This document shows positions 52,513 to 64,000 of a stretch of 64,000 bases of DNA, piece by piece. Source of the stretch: Octopus sinensis. Taxonomy: Eukaryota. Every line of letters starts with the position of its first letter. Position 1 is the stretch's first letter. The notes beneath the pieces are model-generated. The model saw only the letters and a list, made by a program, of their open reading frames with translations, made no database searches and was not told the origin of the DNA. The position numbers and the translations under genes are program-made. Location: assembly GCF_006345805.1 (NCBI RefSeq), contig NC_043002.1, positions 85,994,001 to 86,058,000 of the forward strand. Direction: 5' to 3'.

Positions 52513-54307
52513 AACACAGCATCCTATCACTTGTTGTATTCCATTGTCATCTTCTTTGTGAGGTTCAGCTTCCTGAGATTAGTCTTCACTATTTCTACCC
52601 ATGTCTTCCTTGATCTTTCTCATCCACTGGTTCCTTCTACATGAGTCTCTGGATCTCCTGGCATTTCTATACTTATCTGTCATCATTTAGATGTATTGTA
52701 TGCCTGTACCAACATAGTCATCTCTCTTGTTCATTACATATGGTTCCTTTTCTACCCCGTTTTTTCCTCACTTTATTTGTGCTTTATCATTCATACTCAC
52801 TAACTAACATTACATATCAAGCAGATTATGCTTGCACCATTTATTTCCAGCCTTCACACATCCTCTGCATACTATTTTTACATCTCATTATTGTGCAGCA
52901 TTGCAGTTCATTGTAGCATCATGCCCATTGCTTTTCATGAAGGAAACTCAAACAGCATTTGTAATGCTTGGTGTCCAAGTGCTGCTGCCAGGTGGTACTT
53001 CATTTAAATGTATTGAGCAATCCGTAAGTTAATGATTGCTTTCTAATATAAGTTGTACTGTTGTCAAAGCATAACATAAAGAGAACCTCTTTATGCTTAA
53101 AAAAAAAAGAACAGTAATAGACAGCATGTATTATGTGTAATAAATATGATTGACGTACATTTTAGTGAAACATAAACATTGAATGGAGATGTGGATAACA
53201 GAAATGCACAAATAACCAAAAGAGCAAGAAAGACAACTATATTTGTTTGGTATGTGATATAAATAAATGATGAGTGTTGGCTAATACTGATAAGAAGTAA
53301 AGACAGAAGGGGAAGTCTGTGAAAAGTAGTGATGAGTTCAGATCTTAGGATTTTGGATTTTCAAATCAGTTCATTCACTTGTTCATTTGTTTAATATCTG
53401 TTTTACCATACTAGCATGGGTTGGAAAAGGATTTATTTTAAGGCAACATTTTACAGCTAGATGTTTTCCCTGTTGTCAACCCTTAACTGTTTTGCAATAA
53501 AGGGTTTTAAAAAAAATTTTATCAGCAGTCAAAGATGCAGAAAAACTAGCTGTAATGTCAATACAGAATGTCAAAATCATATCACTGCTTTGCTTAGATG
53601 GTAACAAGAGAAGCTGTGGGATGTCTACCTTTAGACATACATACATGCATAGATGTTGGTGCATGCATGCATGTGCACACACACACACACACCAAATTCA
53701 CCCACATGGCATTCGTTGGACTGGCGGGGTATAGTACCCTAGGTGCTTCACAGTAGGACTGAACCTGAAACTATATAGTTACAAAGCAAACTTCATAGGC
53801 TCACAGATGATAACTATCCAAAATTACTAATGGCATATCATAATGCCAACCCATAGAACATAAATGATGAAACACTGCTGTTGATATAGAAGCTGCTGCT
53901 AATAAAGATGAGGGATTAAAAAAAGGTTTTAGTAAAAGAAAGGCAGTGTTCAAGACCTTTTTTTTTTTGTGGACTGACAATATTGTTTAGGGAAAAGGCT
54001 TGATGGTATGTTTAAATCTTGATGCAATGTGTCATACTACAAACAGACTGTAAGTCAGGAGCATTTTCTCCAAACCAGTCTTGGAGATCTTGCAAATAGG
54101 AAGAACCCATGAGTTACAGATGTAAGAAGTAGAACCTGAAGATATCAAGATATACTCAAACTGGAACTCTGATCTAAATGATTATAACAGAATAGATTCC
54201 TCTAATGGCACCCAAGAGCATGACAGTTATGTGAAAAACTGCAACAGTTCAATTGTGAATTATTTTTTAAATTTTTATTTTTTGATATCTTTCAATTGTG
54301 AATAATG

Positions 54308-54720
54308 TGTCCCCAAAGTCCATCCCCTCCTCACCGTGGTGGGGATGCTGGCAACGGGTAGTGCCGTCAGGAACTTCGGTTCCTGGTAGGGCCACCCAAA
54401 GCAGATTGGTCTGACACCGAGTGGTATTAGGGCCACAACCCGGCAGACGGGGCTCTGGTGAAAATCCTCGGAGTGTCTGTTTTGGCAACCGGTGGCTCCT
54501 TGGTCGTTCTGTCCCTGCGTCTGTGGACAATCTGTGGCAAACAGGATGTCTCTACATGCAGGATTGTTGGGGACTGCTTGTGAAATCCACATATTCCCAT
54601 AAAACTTCTTCCATGAATTCTCAATGGTGAATGTTCGAGATGCCTTGAGGGTGGTAGAAGAAGCTGACTCAACCCGTCCAGGGTGAATGTTGCCACAAGT
54701 ACAAGTACAAGTAAGTAAGT
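54308..54720 (+). mobile_element. short non-autonomous RTE-type retroelement with 14-bp TSD
   Basis: TSD aattgtgaataatg at 54294-54307 and 54721-54734. RTE-like 5' motif TCCTGGTAGGGCCACCCAA and (CAAGTA)n tail. No tRNA head. Confidence 0.75.
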
Positions 54721-57700
54721 AATTGTGAATAATGGACAGTTCCTTTTCCTGTAATATTTTCTTTTTAATGAGAATAGTCAAGTAGTTCCTTACAGCAAGA
54801 AACCTGCTCAGCTCTGGCCCCTTCTCTCATACTATTTCCCATCTTTTGCCCTTAATCTACTAACATGAAGTTGTCCCCGCTACTTCATCATGAATTTGTA
54901 GTCTTGCAGCCTGCATGATGACCTCACTCGTGTTGATAGCACCAGAAAAAGCACTCAGTACATGCTGCAAAGAAGTTAACATTAGAAAGGACACCACAGA
55001 AACCACGCCAAAGCAGGTAATGGAGTATGATGCAGTCTTCAGGCCTATTGGATCCTGTGAAACTGTCCAACACATGCCAGCATGGAACATGGACATTAAA
55101 TAATGTTGATGAAGATGATGATGATGATGATGATATATGGAGTTTTACTTGTTTGGCAACTAATTTCATTTTTCAAATCTTTTTGTCAAGAGGAAAAGCA
55201 GGGTCCACAACCCCTCTGAAGGTCTCTGAGACTGGTGGGAAGAAGGAATGGGGTAAGACATTCTCAAAGCCTGGCTTGAATATTTACAAGACAATTCATT
55301 GAGAATTTACAACACACTGGGACTCTGTTAAAGACATCCAAGGTGCCAGGTAGTGATGGTAAACAAGGTGAGAAATTAAGTTTACCATTCAAGATTACTA
55401 CCAGAGGGAAATTTGAACTCAGAATGCAAAGAATTCAAACAAATACCAGAAATTGCCAGATCTGACTTTTTATATCATTCTGCCAATCTACTGTCCTGAA
55501 TTTGTACCTGAATTATTGATCCCTGAAAGAGTTAAAAGGCAAAGGATGACCTCAGTGTGATATGAATTTAGAGAGTAGAGAGTTGGAACAAATAATGTGG
55601 AGTATTCTATTCAATGAAGCAGTTATATCATGGAAGAGTCATATTAATCATTTAACAACACAAAAATCTATTATATTCATTCTTCAATTATTTCTTGATG
55701 TGATGATGTAATTGATTGTAAATTTCTTTCATACATAAAGAAAACACACACATGAACACACACAAATGTAAACACACATTTAAGTAAAAACACCAATTAT
55801 AATATCTAAAAATTATAAGATTAATACTGAACAACCAACGTGTTGCTAAAGGTGCAAAATTATGATTGCTTTAGTTTCTGTGTGAAGGTGCATGGCCTAA
55901 TGGTAATAAATTTGGACTCACAATCATTAACTCATGAGATCAATTCCTAGATCAAGTGCTACATTTTTTATTTTTTTTAGCAAGGCATTTTATGTTTCCA
56001 GTCTACTCACGTAAAAATAAATACAAATAGTGGTAGATGAGAGTTAAACATGATGAACTGGTGTGCCAATCAAGGCTGAGAGAGGGACTTTTATATTCTC
56101 AGTCACTTAAATATCTAGAAAACCAAGTCAAGCTCAGATCTAATAAGCCTGTTGTCTTGAGACAAACATTAGTCTGCGTAAGTAAGATTGAAGAGGTAAG
56201 TAAAACAGGAAGGGTATCTAGCTGTAAAAACATATATTTTAACAAAAGCCAGCTTTCCAGAAATAGCATGAAAAAAATGTTTTAAATCTTAGAAAAATAC
56301 AATGAAACATTTTCTCCTTTTCTCCAATATTGTATTAAAGTGATATGAAATATTGATTGAATTTTACTTATGCATTTATTTGATTTATTTTTATCTTGGA
56401 GGAGGAAGAGCAATAATCACCTCTCCAAAATATTGCAGAGGAATAAAGTTTGGTTTCAACACGGAACACAATAAACCTATGGCTGACATACTAGACTTTA
56501 TCGATTTCTTTCCTTGCTCTGACAGCCACTTTATAATGAACGCAACCAAAAACATATGAACTGCAAGCAGGAACCTTTACATGTTTTCTTGACATGCTAT
56601 AAATAGCAGCCAGATTTTCTTCAACTAACATCTTATCTTTGAAAAGGAGAGAACATACTGGCTTTTGAAGTTTACATGCATCCCAAAAGATGAGATAGTC
56701 ATAGCAGGAATGCGTTAAATCATAGGTTCCCAACAACAACAACAACAACAACCACCACCACTAAATGCATAAATTTAAAAAGCTGCTACATGTTACATTA
56801 TAGATAATTTTTTTAAGTTTTACAGAATATTGTTTTAGCTAAACTGTGTGTTTGTAAACAGAAACATGCACATAGTTCACTGTCCTTCGTAATATCTATA
56901 GAAAGGAGTATTAGGTACAAGGTACATTTCTATCAATATTTTAATCTTGATAAATAAATCATTAATCCAGCTGAATATAAAGCAATATTGTATTTTGGAT
57001 CCATTGATCTCTTTCTGAATATCTCGAGTCGCTTGGCATCCTGTTTCCATGCTGACATAGAAATGGCAGACAGTCACAAAACTAACTATACAAATATAAT
57101 ACATATAGTGTTACAGTTTCAATAAGATACGAAATACTTTTTATACACACAAACACACACACACACACATGCATACATGCACACACACACACACAGAGGT
57201 ATACATGCACACATACACATGCGTACACATCTCTCATAACCAGGCTATAGATTTTCATTTGTTCCTATTATCATAGGTGCAGTGGGCTACATAACAACAG
57301 AGATGCATAGAAAACTGGAAAAGCTTGGGTTCTACAAAAAAACAAAAGAGCAGACTGATTTGTATCCTTGAAATACAATCGATTAGAGAAACAGAAAATT
57401 TGGAAAACATTTCAGGGATTCTCCATTTGAGGTTCCTGGGGTGAAAATATGCATACAATCACTACACAGAAAAATATGACTAATATTTACTACACTAGGC
57501 TGAAAAAACAAGTTTAAAATGATAACCTTCACCCAACAATATTACCACACCTAAATCAAACTATGCCACTAGTGAAATTCAAAGTAAAGGGCTCACTACT
57601 TCTGATAACAATTATGTCTCTATTAATTATGTAACTTGGGCTACAAATGGAAGGCACTTGATATGGTCAGCCCTGGTAAACACTTCCCACTTAAAATACA

Positions 57701-57914
57701 GTGGAAATAATAAGAAAAATTGGAAGCATGAAGTCCTGTGGTTCACACATCATTCTCTTTAATGAGTTACAGCCCAACATAAACTCTTTAAAATCTTTAA
57801 GTTAAATTTCCCATCCCAACAAGCCCACTATCAAACTCTCCTTTTCCACTACACTTAAGCTCAGCCCTATACTCATAACATTGAATGATGAAAGTAAGGG
57901 CTTGTAGAAAAGAA

Positions 57915-58570
57915 CCCTAATAATACCAATAACAACTGTTGTGATTATAATAATAGTAATGATTATTTTCATAACTGTTCCCATAAAAGCAATAATGACA
58001 GAGATAATATCACTTGTAAGAAAAGCATAAAAATGACAACCCTCAGTAACGATAACAACTGTAGAGACAATATGGACAAATGTCTCCAAAAATCATGGAA
58101 TAACAACCATGATAGAGCTAAAAATAAAACAATACTGATCCTAGTATTGGTAACACTGATTGGAGCAATAATGATAATAGCATTAATGGCAACAATAATG
58201 ATATAGGTATCCATAAGAATAATAACTATAATAAATGTAATCTTAACTATACTATTAATAACTCCTATAGTAATATTATATATCAATCTTGCAATAACAA
58301 ACATAGTCAACCAACCCTAGCTAATAAAGAAACTCCTGCACATTCAAAATTAGGACAGTATCATAAACAGTGTTAATGGTTATGATAAGAATAATAATAA
58401 TATGAGCAGTGGCTCACATAGCAGTAGTTATAATCATTATAATGATTATAATCATAATAATAATATTTATTGTTAACGTAATGATTCTAATAATAATTAT
58501 AATACTAACAATGATATTAGCGATAAAGATATTATTAATAATAGGATTGATAATATGGGTACATATAATG
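57915..58570. repeat. degenerate (ATA)n low-complexity tract
   Basis: Explains the Ile-rich spurious ORFs here. Confidence 0.75.
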
Positions 58571-59311
58571 ATCTTGACAAGACAAACAGAGCATCCTGTG
58601 TATGTGAGATAGGAAGACATGCAACATCAGAATATCTACTAATTGTCCCTTGGAGAGCTACTGTCTATGCTGTGATATTGTGTATAAGTGTATAGTTACC
58701 ACAGCACACTTATATTCCTTCAGAATTTACATTGGCTCAATGACTAATTTTAAATGTCAATACCATACACATATTAGCTAATTCTTAAACACTAAATGAA
58801 GATTCTCTATCACCCTAACTGTCACTGCTTTTACAAAACTTTTTCATATTACCATAAATTGTTATGCTCTGATTGAACAAGTCAAGTCTTTGTACTCAAC
58901 TTTCACCCTTTGGCCATTCTTCCACTTCCTCCATAACACTTGTCTACTGATTATGTCATTCCAATGACCATCATCTCATCTCATCTCTCAAACTCTATAT
59001 TCCTTTATGTTACGCTTACATATGTTGTGCCCTGAAGGAAATCTTGTCCATTGCACACTCCTATTTATTTCCCCTTCTCTTCCCTCAAGTTAGCAGTTCA
59101 CTGTTATTCTCCCAACTCACCTTCCTCCTCCCTCATATCTTATGCAACTGCTATATTATACAATGCTTGCCTCTATACTTTGACAGGGCTTGTTTTTATT
59201 TCCTACCCATCCTTAGTCTGATATGATTAATGTGGTGATTCTTTTGAGCTGGTCCACCTCACAATATCTGTCTCTTACTTAGCTTTATAGTCATTGTCCA
59301 GTGGTGGAGCG

Positions 59312-59807
59312 AGGAAGCATCGATGTTTCCTAGGGCTATATAGCGGTGGTGTAATTCCCTCTACGAGACTGTCACGTTATGTTGACTTTATACAACCACT
59401 CTATCACTCCACCACCGCTCGTGTCTCTTTGAGACATTTAGAAATTCAATATTTCTAATTATGGTGACCAGTGAATAGATTTCAGTGTAAATAGATAAAT
59501 TTGCGAAGGTTTGGCAAGTATCACCACTAGCGGGGACTCGCTACCCTGGATTGATGACGGACAAGACCCAGAAACATGCATGTCTTCAGGTTGCTAGTCC
59601 TAGCTGGTGGGGGTGCTTGCCTCCCCTTTGCAAATATAAGGACACAGGAAATGTGTCAAAGCCGACAGGAAGTGTCAATGCTTCCTAGGGCTATATAGCG
59701 GTGGTGTAATTCCCTCTACGGGACTGTCACATTATGTTGACTTTATACAACCACTCTATTGCTCCACCACCGCTCATGTCTCTTTGAGACATTTAGAAAT
59801 TCAATAT
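59312..59807 (+). mobile_element. retrozyme-like element: 355-bp unit (1.4 copies) containing a hammerhead
   Basis: 59312-59452 is repeated at 59667-59807. A hammerhead lies at 59545-59590 and the unit has many hairpins. Confidence 0.7.
59545..59590 (+). ncRNA. type I hammerhead ribozyme (slightly mutated)
   Basis: CCTGGA-TTGATGA-CGG(ACAAGAC)CCA-GAAA-CATGCATG-TC-TTCAGG: 6-bp stem I, palindromic stem III, GUC triplet. C3 is replaced by U and stem II has one mismatch. Confidence 0.65.
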
Positions 59808-59843
59808 ATATATATATATATATATAATAATAAATATTAGGGA

Positions 59844-60149
59844 GTCTCCTCAACTTTATCATCTAGGTCAAATATTATTTGACCAAAGGTTATTGATTAG
59901 AAATAATGTTTCTGATCAATAGTCTTAGTTCAAATGTTTGACTTATTTGATTAAAAAGCTGTTAATGTTGAACAAATAAATGACAACAATTGATCAGATT
60001 GAACCACCTGATGAATGTCCAGAGAAGTGACAAGAAACGATCGTAGTGGATATCTTAATTATATTTAATTTATATAAAATTTTTTATGTATTGGATTAAG
60101 TCTTTCTTTGTTTGATTTGCATAATAGTGGTTTTGTCTCTAATTAATAT

Positions 60150-60180
<31 letters not shown>

Positions 60181-60535
60181 TTATATATAAATATATATAT
60201 AAATATATATATAATTATATATAATATATAATTATATATATAATATATATAATTATATATATATATATATGTATATATATTAAAATATAAAATAATTTTC
60301 TATTATACCAAGAAATTACAGACTTCATAAAGCATATATAATATATTATTATTAGGTTAAAGGTGTCTCCTCAACTTTATCATCTGCATAATTAACTAGG
60401 TCAAATATTATTTGACCAAAGGTTATTGATTAGAAATAATGTTTCTGATCAATAGTCTTAGTTCAAATGTTTGACTTATTTGATTAAAAAGCTGTTAATG
60501 TTGAACAAATAAATGACAACAATTGATCAGATTGA
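59844..60535 (+). repeat. ~160-bp direct repeats (period ~521-533) bracketing a hammerhead; Penelope-pLTR/retrozyme-like
   Basis: 59844-60002 recurs at 60365-60535 with a 12-nt insertion. Confidence 0.8.
60004..60049 (+). ncRNA. minimal type I hammerhead ribozyme
   Basis: CCAC-CTGATGA-A-TGTC(CAGAGAAGT)GACA-A-GAAA-CGATCG-TA-GTGG. The core is canonical, stem III is palindromic, and there is an A.A mismatch at the base of stem II. Confidence 0.75.
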
Positions 60536-60807
60536 TCAAACATGACGTAGACATTTTGAAATCTATTAATATGGTGACTAACTTGAATAGCAGGTCACAA
60601 GAGTGATGAGACAGGATCTGAGTACTATAGGCATTGTCTGCTGGCTGATTAGGACACATTATGTATATGGATGACAAGTGTAGAGTGGAAAAGACTCACA
60701 CATTAGCAATAAAGTACCCAAAACAGATGAAGCAGAGCAAAAAAATTATGTACATAGATTTCAGCATGTTGGACATCACAAGTAAGGCGACAAAGGATTA
60801 TGATGAG

Positions 60808-61077
60808 CACTGGCTTGGGAAGGAAATTTCCTTAGGGGGTGCAAACCCCGGTCCAAAAATACTTACAAACAAGGTCTTATTTTTTTTTTTTTGTTATTTT
60901 TGTGTTTGGTTCTTTGAGATGGAACCTAACTTCAAGCTACTTTTTACACATCACTTTTTATTTACCATTTTCTAAACCTGAGAAAAATTAGTAGGGCTGC
61001 AAATTTTCGTTCTGCACTCTGCAAAAATTCTAGAGGGTGCGCTTGCACCACCTGCACCCCCTGTTCCCGGGCCCATG
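60808..61077. mobile_element. hAT-superfamily MITE
   Basis: 8-bp TSD atgatgag at 60800-60807 and 61078-61085. Imperfect TIRs CACTGGCTTGGGAA / TTCCCGGGCCCATG. Confidence 0.75.
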
Positions 61078-61229
61078 ATGATGAGTGACTGATACAAAAG
61101 GTACATAATCCAATGCATCTCAGTAAGTTTGACTGACAACAAGTTCTAATTTTATCTTACAGATGAAAGAGTAGTAATAGAAAGAGTATCTAGTTATAAA
61201 TCCAAACTCTAAAAGTGCATGCTATGAAC

Positions 61230-61596
61230 AGTGCCTGTATTTCAAAGGGTCAGCTTTGTCACATTCTGTGTCATGCTGAATTTTCCTGTGAACTACATTA
61301 AGGGTATATGTTTCTGTGGAGTGCTTAGCCATTTGCATGTTAATTTCATGAACAGGCTGTTGTCTTGATGGCATGGAGAAATGGATTTAAAAATAATTGC
61401 GTGTGAATAAAACTGGCACTCCATCAGTTATGATGATGAGGGTTCCAGTTGATCAGATCAAGAGAACAGCCTGCTCATGAAATTAACATGCAAATGGCTA
61501 AGCACTCCACAGAAACATATACCCTTAATGTAGTTCACAGGGAAATTCAGCATGACACAGAATGTTTCAAGGCTGACCCTTTGAAATACAGGCACT
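61230..61596. repeat. inverted pair of SINE bodies (~120-bp arms)
   Basis: 61230-61351 is the reverse complement of ~61465-61596. Same family as the 17170 SINE. Confidence 0.85.
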
Positions 61597-61693
61597 ATTC
61601 ACTTTTCCCAGCTGAGTGGACTGGAGCAATTGGAAATAAATATGCCCATTCAAGTATCATAATAGCATAATAATAGCACTTTTGATTGTGTAT

Positions 61694-61732
<39 letters not shown>

Positions 61733-62779
61733 CTACTTATCCCACTACTTCTACCACACCCTTACACGCTCCCACCCCTTATTACTTTAGTTCACTGGAA
61801 GTGAAAAGCTGACACTGTAGTACATCTCCAGCTTATAAAACTTATAAAACATCACTCATTTTAAGAAAGTTTCTGTCTTTTAGTATGAAATCATGGAAAA
61901 CAACATTGATATTGAACAATGAGAAGAAATCTCTGAACGTAGATGATGTTGAAATCTCATGTATTTTTCAGCATTATTCTCTGTCATTCCTCCTCTTTTG
62001 TCTAGTTCTGATGCCTCTACCAATATTACTCAGTTAAACACAATATGGCTATAAATTTTATGAGAAAACTATTGGCCATCTTTTTCACATGGATAATAAA
62101 GAGCCGGTGGCAAGATGGGAACCACTGGCCTATAGACTGGTTGTACATAATGCTATTAATTCAGCCATCCATGTCTTCTGAATCATGGAACACATTTGCA
62201 TCTGTTGATATCAAAAACATAAATAGTGAATTTGGTAAGAGGTTGGAAGGGGGAATAATAAAAACACATAGAAATTCCTGGTTTCCTACAGATTTACATC
62301 TGAAGGACTTTGCTCAAATACCTTATCAGCTGTTCTAATAGTCAGCCTTTTGAATGTAATAGGTTATTTCAGACAAATGAATCGATATTTAGACATTTGT
62401 ACATATTGATGCGTGTGAAAGAGAGAGAGAGAGGGGAGAGAAATAGGGAGAAAGAGAGAGAGAAAGAGGGAGGAAGAGAAAGACAATGAGGAAGAGGGGG
62501 ATTTAAATTTTGAATTCGCAAATTTTAAAACAATATGGATATTTACACAAGCATTTTCTGCGTTTAAGAATGGATTCTCTTCCAAAAGTAACCACTTAAC
62601 TCTTACAGCAATAGAAATTGTACTTATTTTACAGTTATAGTGATTCAAGCCAGTGGAGTTCATGTAACTTCAAATTAAATTCAAAACAATTATGATTCAA
62701 GTGTATTGAAATAACATGTATAATCATGGTTAATCTTGGGTTACAAATGAGAGAAGTAAATAAAAAACAAACTACATAC

Positions 62780-62914
62780 TGGTTTATATGGATACTCTTT
62801 GATGGCTTTGGAACAACTTGGTTGGCAGCAGCGGTCAGCCACATCAGCAGCTGTTTGGCCAGTGCTGTCTTTGATATTTGGATTGCAATTATGCCTCAGC
62901 AGGATTAAAACACA
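62780..62914 (-). CDS. ESPN: espin/forked-like gene, exon encoding last ankyrin repeat
   Basis: Acceptor tttcag, donor CCA|GTATGT, 135 nt, phase 0/0. Translates CVLILLRHNCNPNIKDSTGQTAADVADRCCQPSCSKAIKEYPYKP, an ankyrin pattern (LL...NPNIKD..GQTAAD) resembling espin's last ANK repeat. Upstream ANK exons presumably lie beyond the window. Confidence 0.85.
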
Positions 62915-64000
62915 CTGAAATTAGATTAAATAGTTGAAAAGATGAAATATTCAGCAAAAGAAGATAAATTTATTTAAAAAATTTTTTTTTAAATATATTT
63001 TATCAAAAGAAGAATGAAATAAAATTTATTAAGAAAATTTTTTAAATATATTTTATCAAAAGAAGAATGAAATACTTGTCAGAGTGGTAGCATATAGTAA
63101 ATATCTCTAATCAATGATTTAGATAGCTTGAATATTTATTAGGCTTTTGAATAATAAACTCTTTCTCAGCTATACATAATTTGCAATGAGTTGTCATATT
63201 TCTGTATGACCTGCATCCCTTTGAGGATCTTCCATTTGATACTGAAATCAGTAGCATGTTCTTTGATACTTTCACTGTATTCCTATTTTCTATATAGGAG
63301 GAAGTATAACTAAAGTATCTTTGTTTAAATTTTTTTTCTACAATATCTACATAGTGTTCATCATATTATGTGGTTTACTATATGATCACCATAGGAGTAG
63401 TAGTATAAGAAGTAACAATTTCCTTGCAAAAATAAACAAGAGTACTTACTACTATAGTTGAGTGATACACACATGCATGCATATATATAATGATATATCC
63501 TATTATTACAACATCTAGTTTCATACCTACCCAATGCTAACCAATGTCAAATACCCAATTACTCAAATATCAACAACGTATATGTTGTAAGAATAGAATG
63601 TTTCAGGTAGTTCATTGTGGATTAAAAATACTTTGTAAGGGGTGTAACCCATTACATATTACTGTTGTTGAGATTAGCTATTTCCCTCAGGTAGTTAGAA
63701 ACTCAGGTGGTTTGCAAAACTTAAAAATATAACGGTTGGAGAACATAAATAAAACATAAAATATGAAGAGAAAAGAAAAAAACAAGGAAATGAAGATATG
63801 AAAGAACATGTAACATCCTCAAGAGATGCACACCACACAGAAATGACAAACTGTTGCAGGTTATTATCTTTTTACTATCTTAGTCATTGGACTGTGATAT
63901 TACGAGGAAACTGCTTTGAAGGGTTAAATCAATCAAATCAAACCAACTCCAGTACTTATTTTAAAATCTGGTGCTTATTCTATCAATCTCTTTTGCTGAA

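Noticed and set aside
54267-54781. Overlapping 87-168 aa ORFs
   Set aside because: These arise from a GC-rich TSD-flanked retroelement and show no recognisable protein motifs.
62965-63075. ~54-bp tandem duplication upstream of the ankyrin exon
   Set aside because: Ordinary local slippage in AT-rich intron sequence.

Overview
AT-rich, microsatellite-laden eukaryotic DNA whose SINE and RTE repeats resemble those of an octopod cephalopod (inferred from repeat recognition, not verified). Almost all ORF-track entries are microsatellite or repeat noise. The whole window lies within one minus-strand espin/forked-like actin-bundling gene, rebuilt from phase-compatible GT-AG exons: last ankyrin repeat (62780-62914), linker (44033-44141), polyproline exon (33231-34284), WH2 exon (13290-13839) and start of the actin-bundling module (5878-6045). 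The WH2 exon also reads through 1.4 kb to a stop at 11901, giving a possible alternative C-terminus. The introns hold tRNA-derived SINEs, RTE, R4/Dong and CR1-like LINE fragments, a Tc1 remnant, hAT and piggyBac-like MITEs and Helitrons. The most interesting signal is a set of small, structured, non-coding repeats carrying minimal type I hammerhead ribozyme motifs. These include a 355-bp retrozyme-like unit (59312-59807), its ribozyme-less 244-bp relative in a permuted tandem plus inverted arrangement (45806-46317), a hammerhead between direct repeats (60004-60049) and a U3-A8 compensatory-variant hammerhead 120 nt upstream of the actin-bundling exon. All structures were folded by eye. Repeat boundaries without TSDs are approximate.
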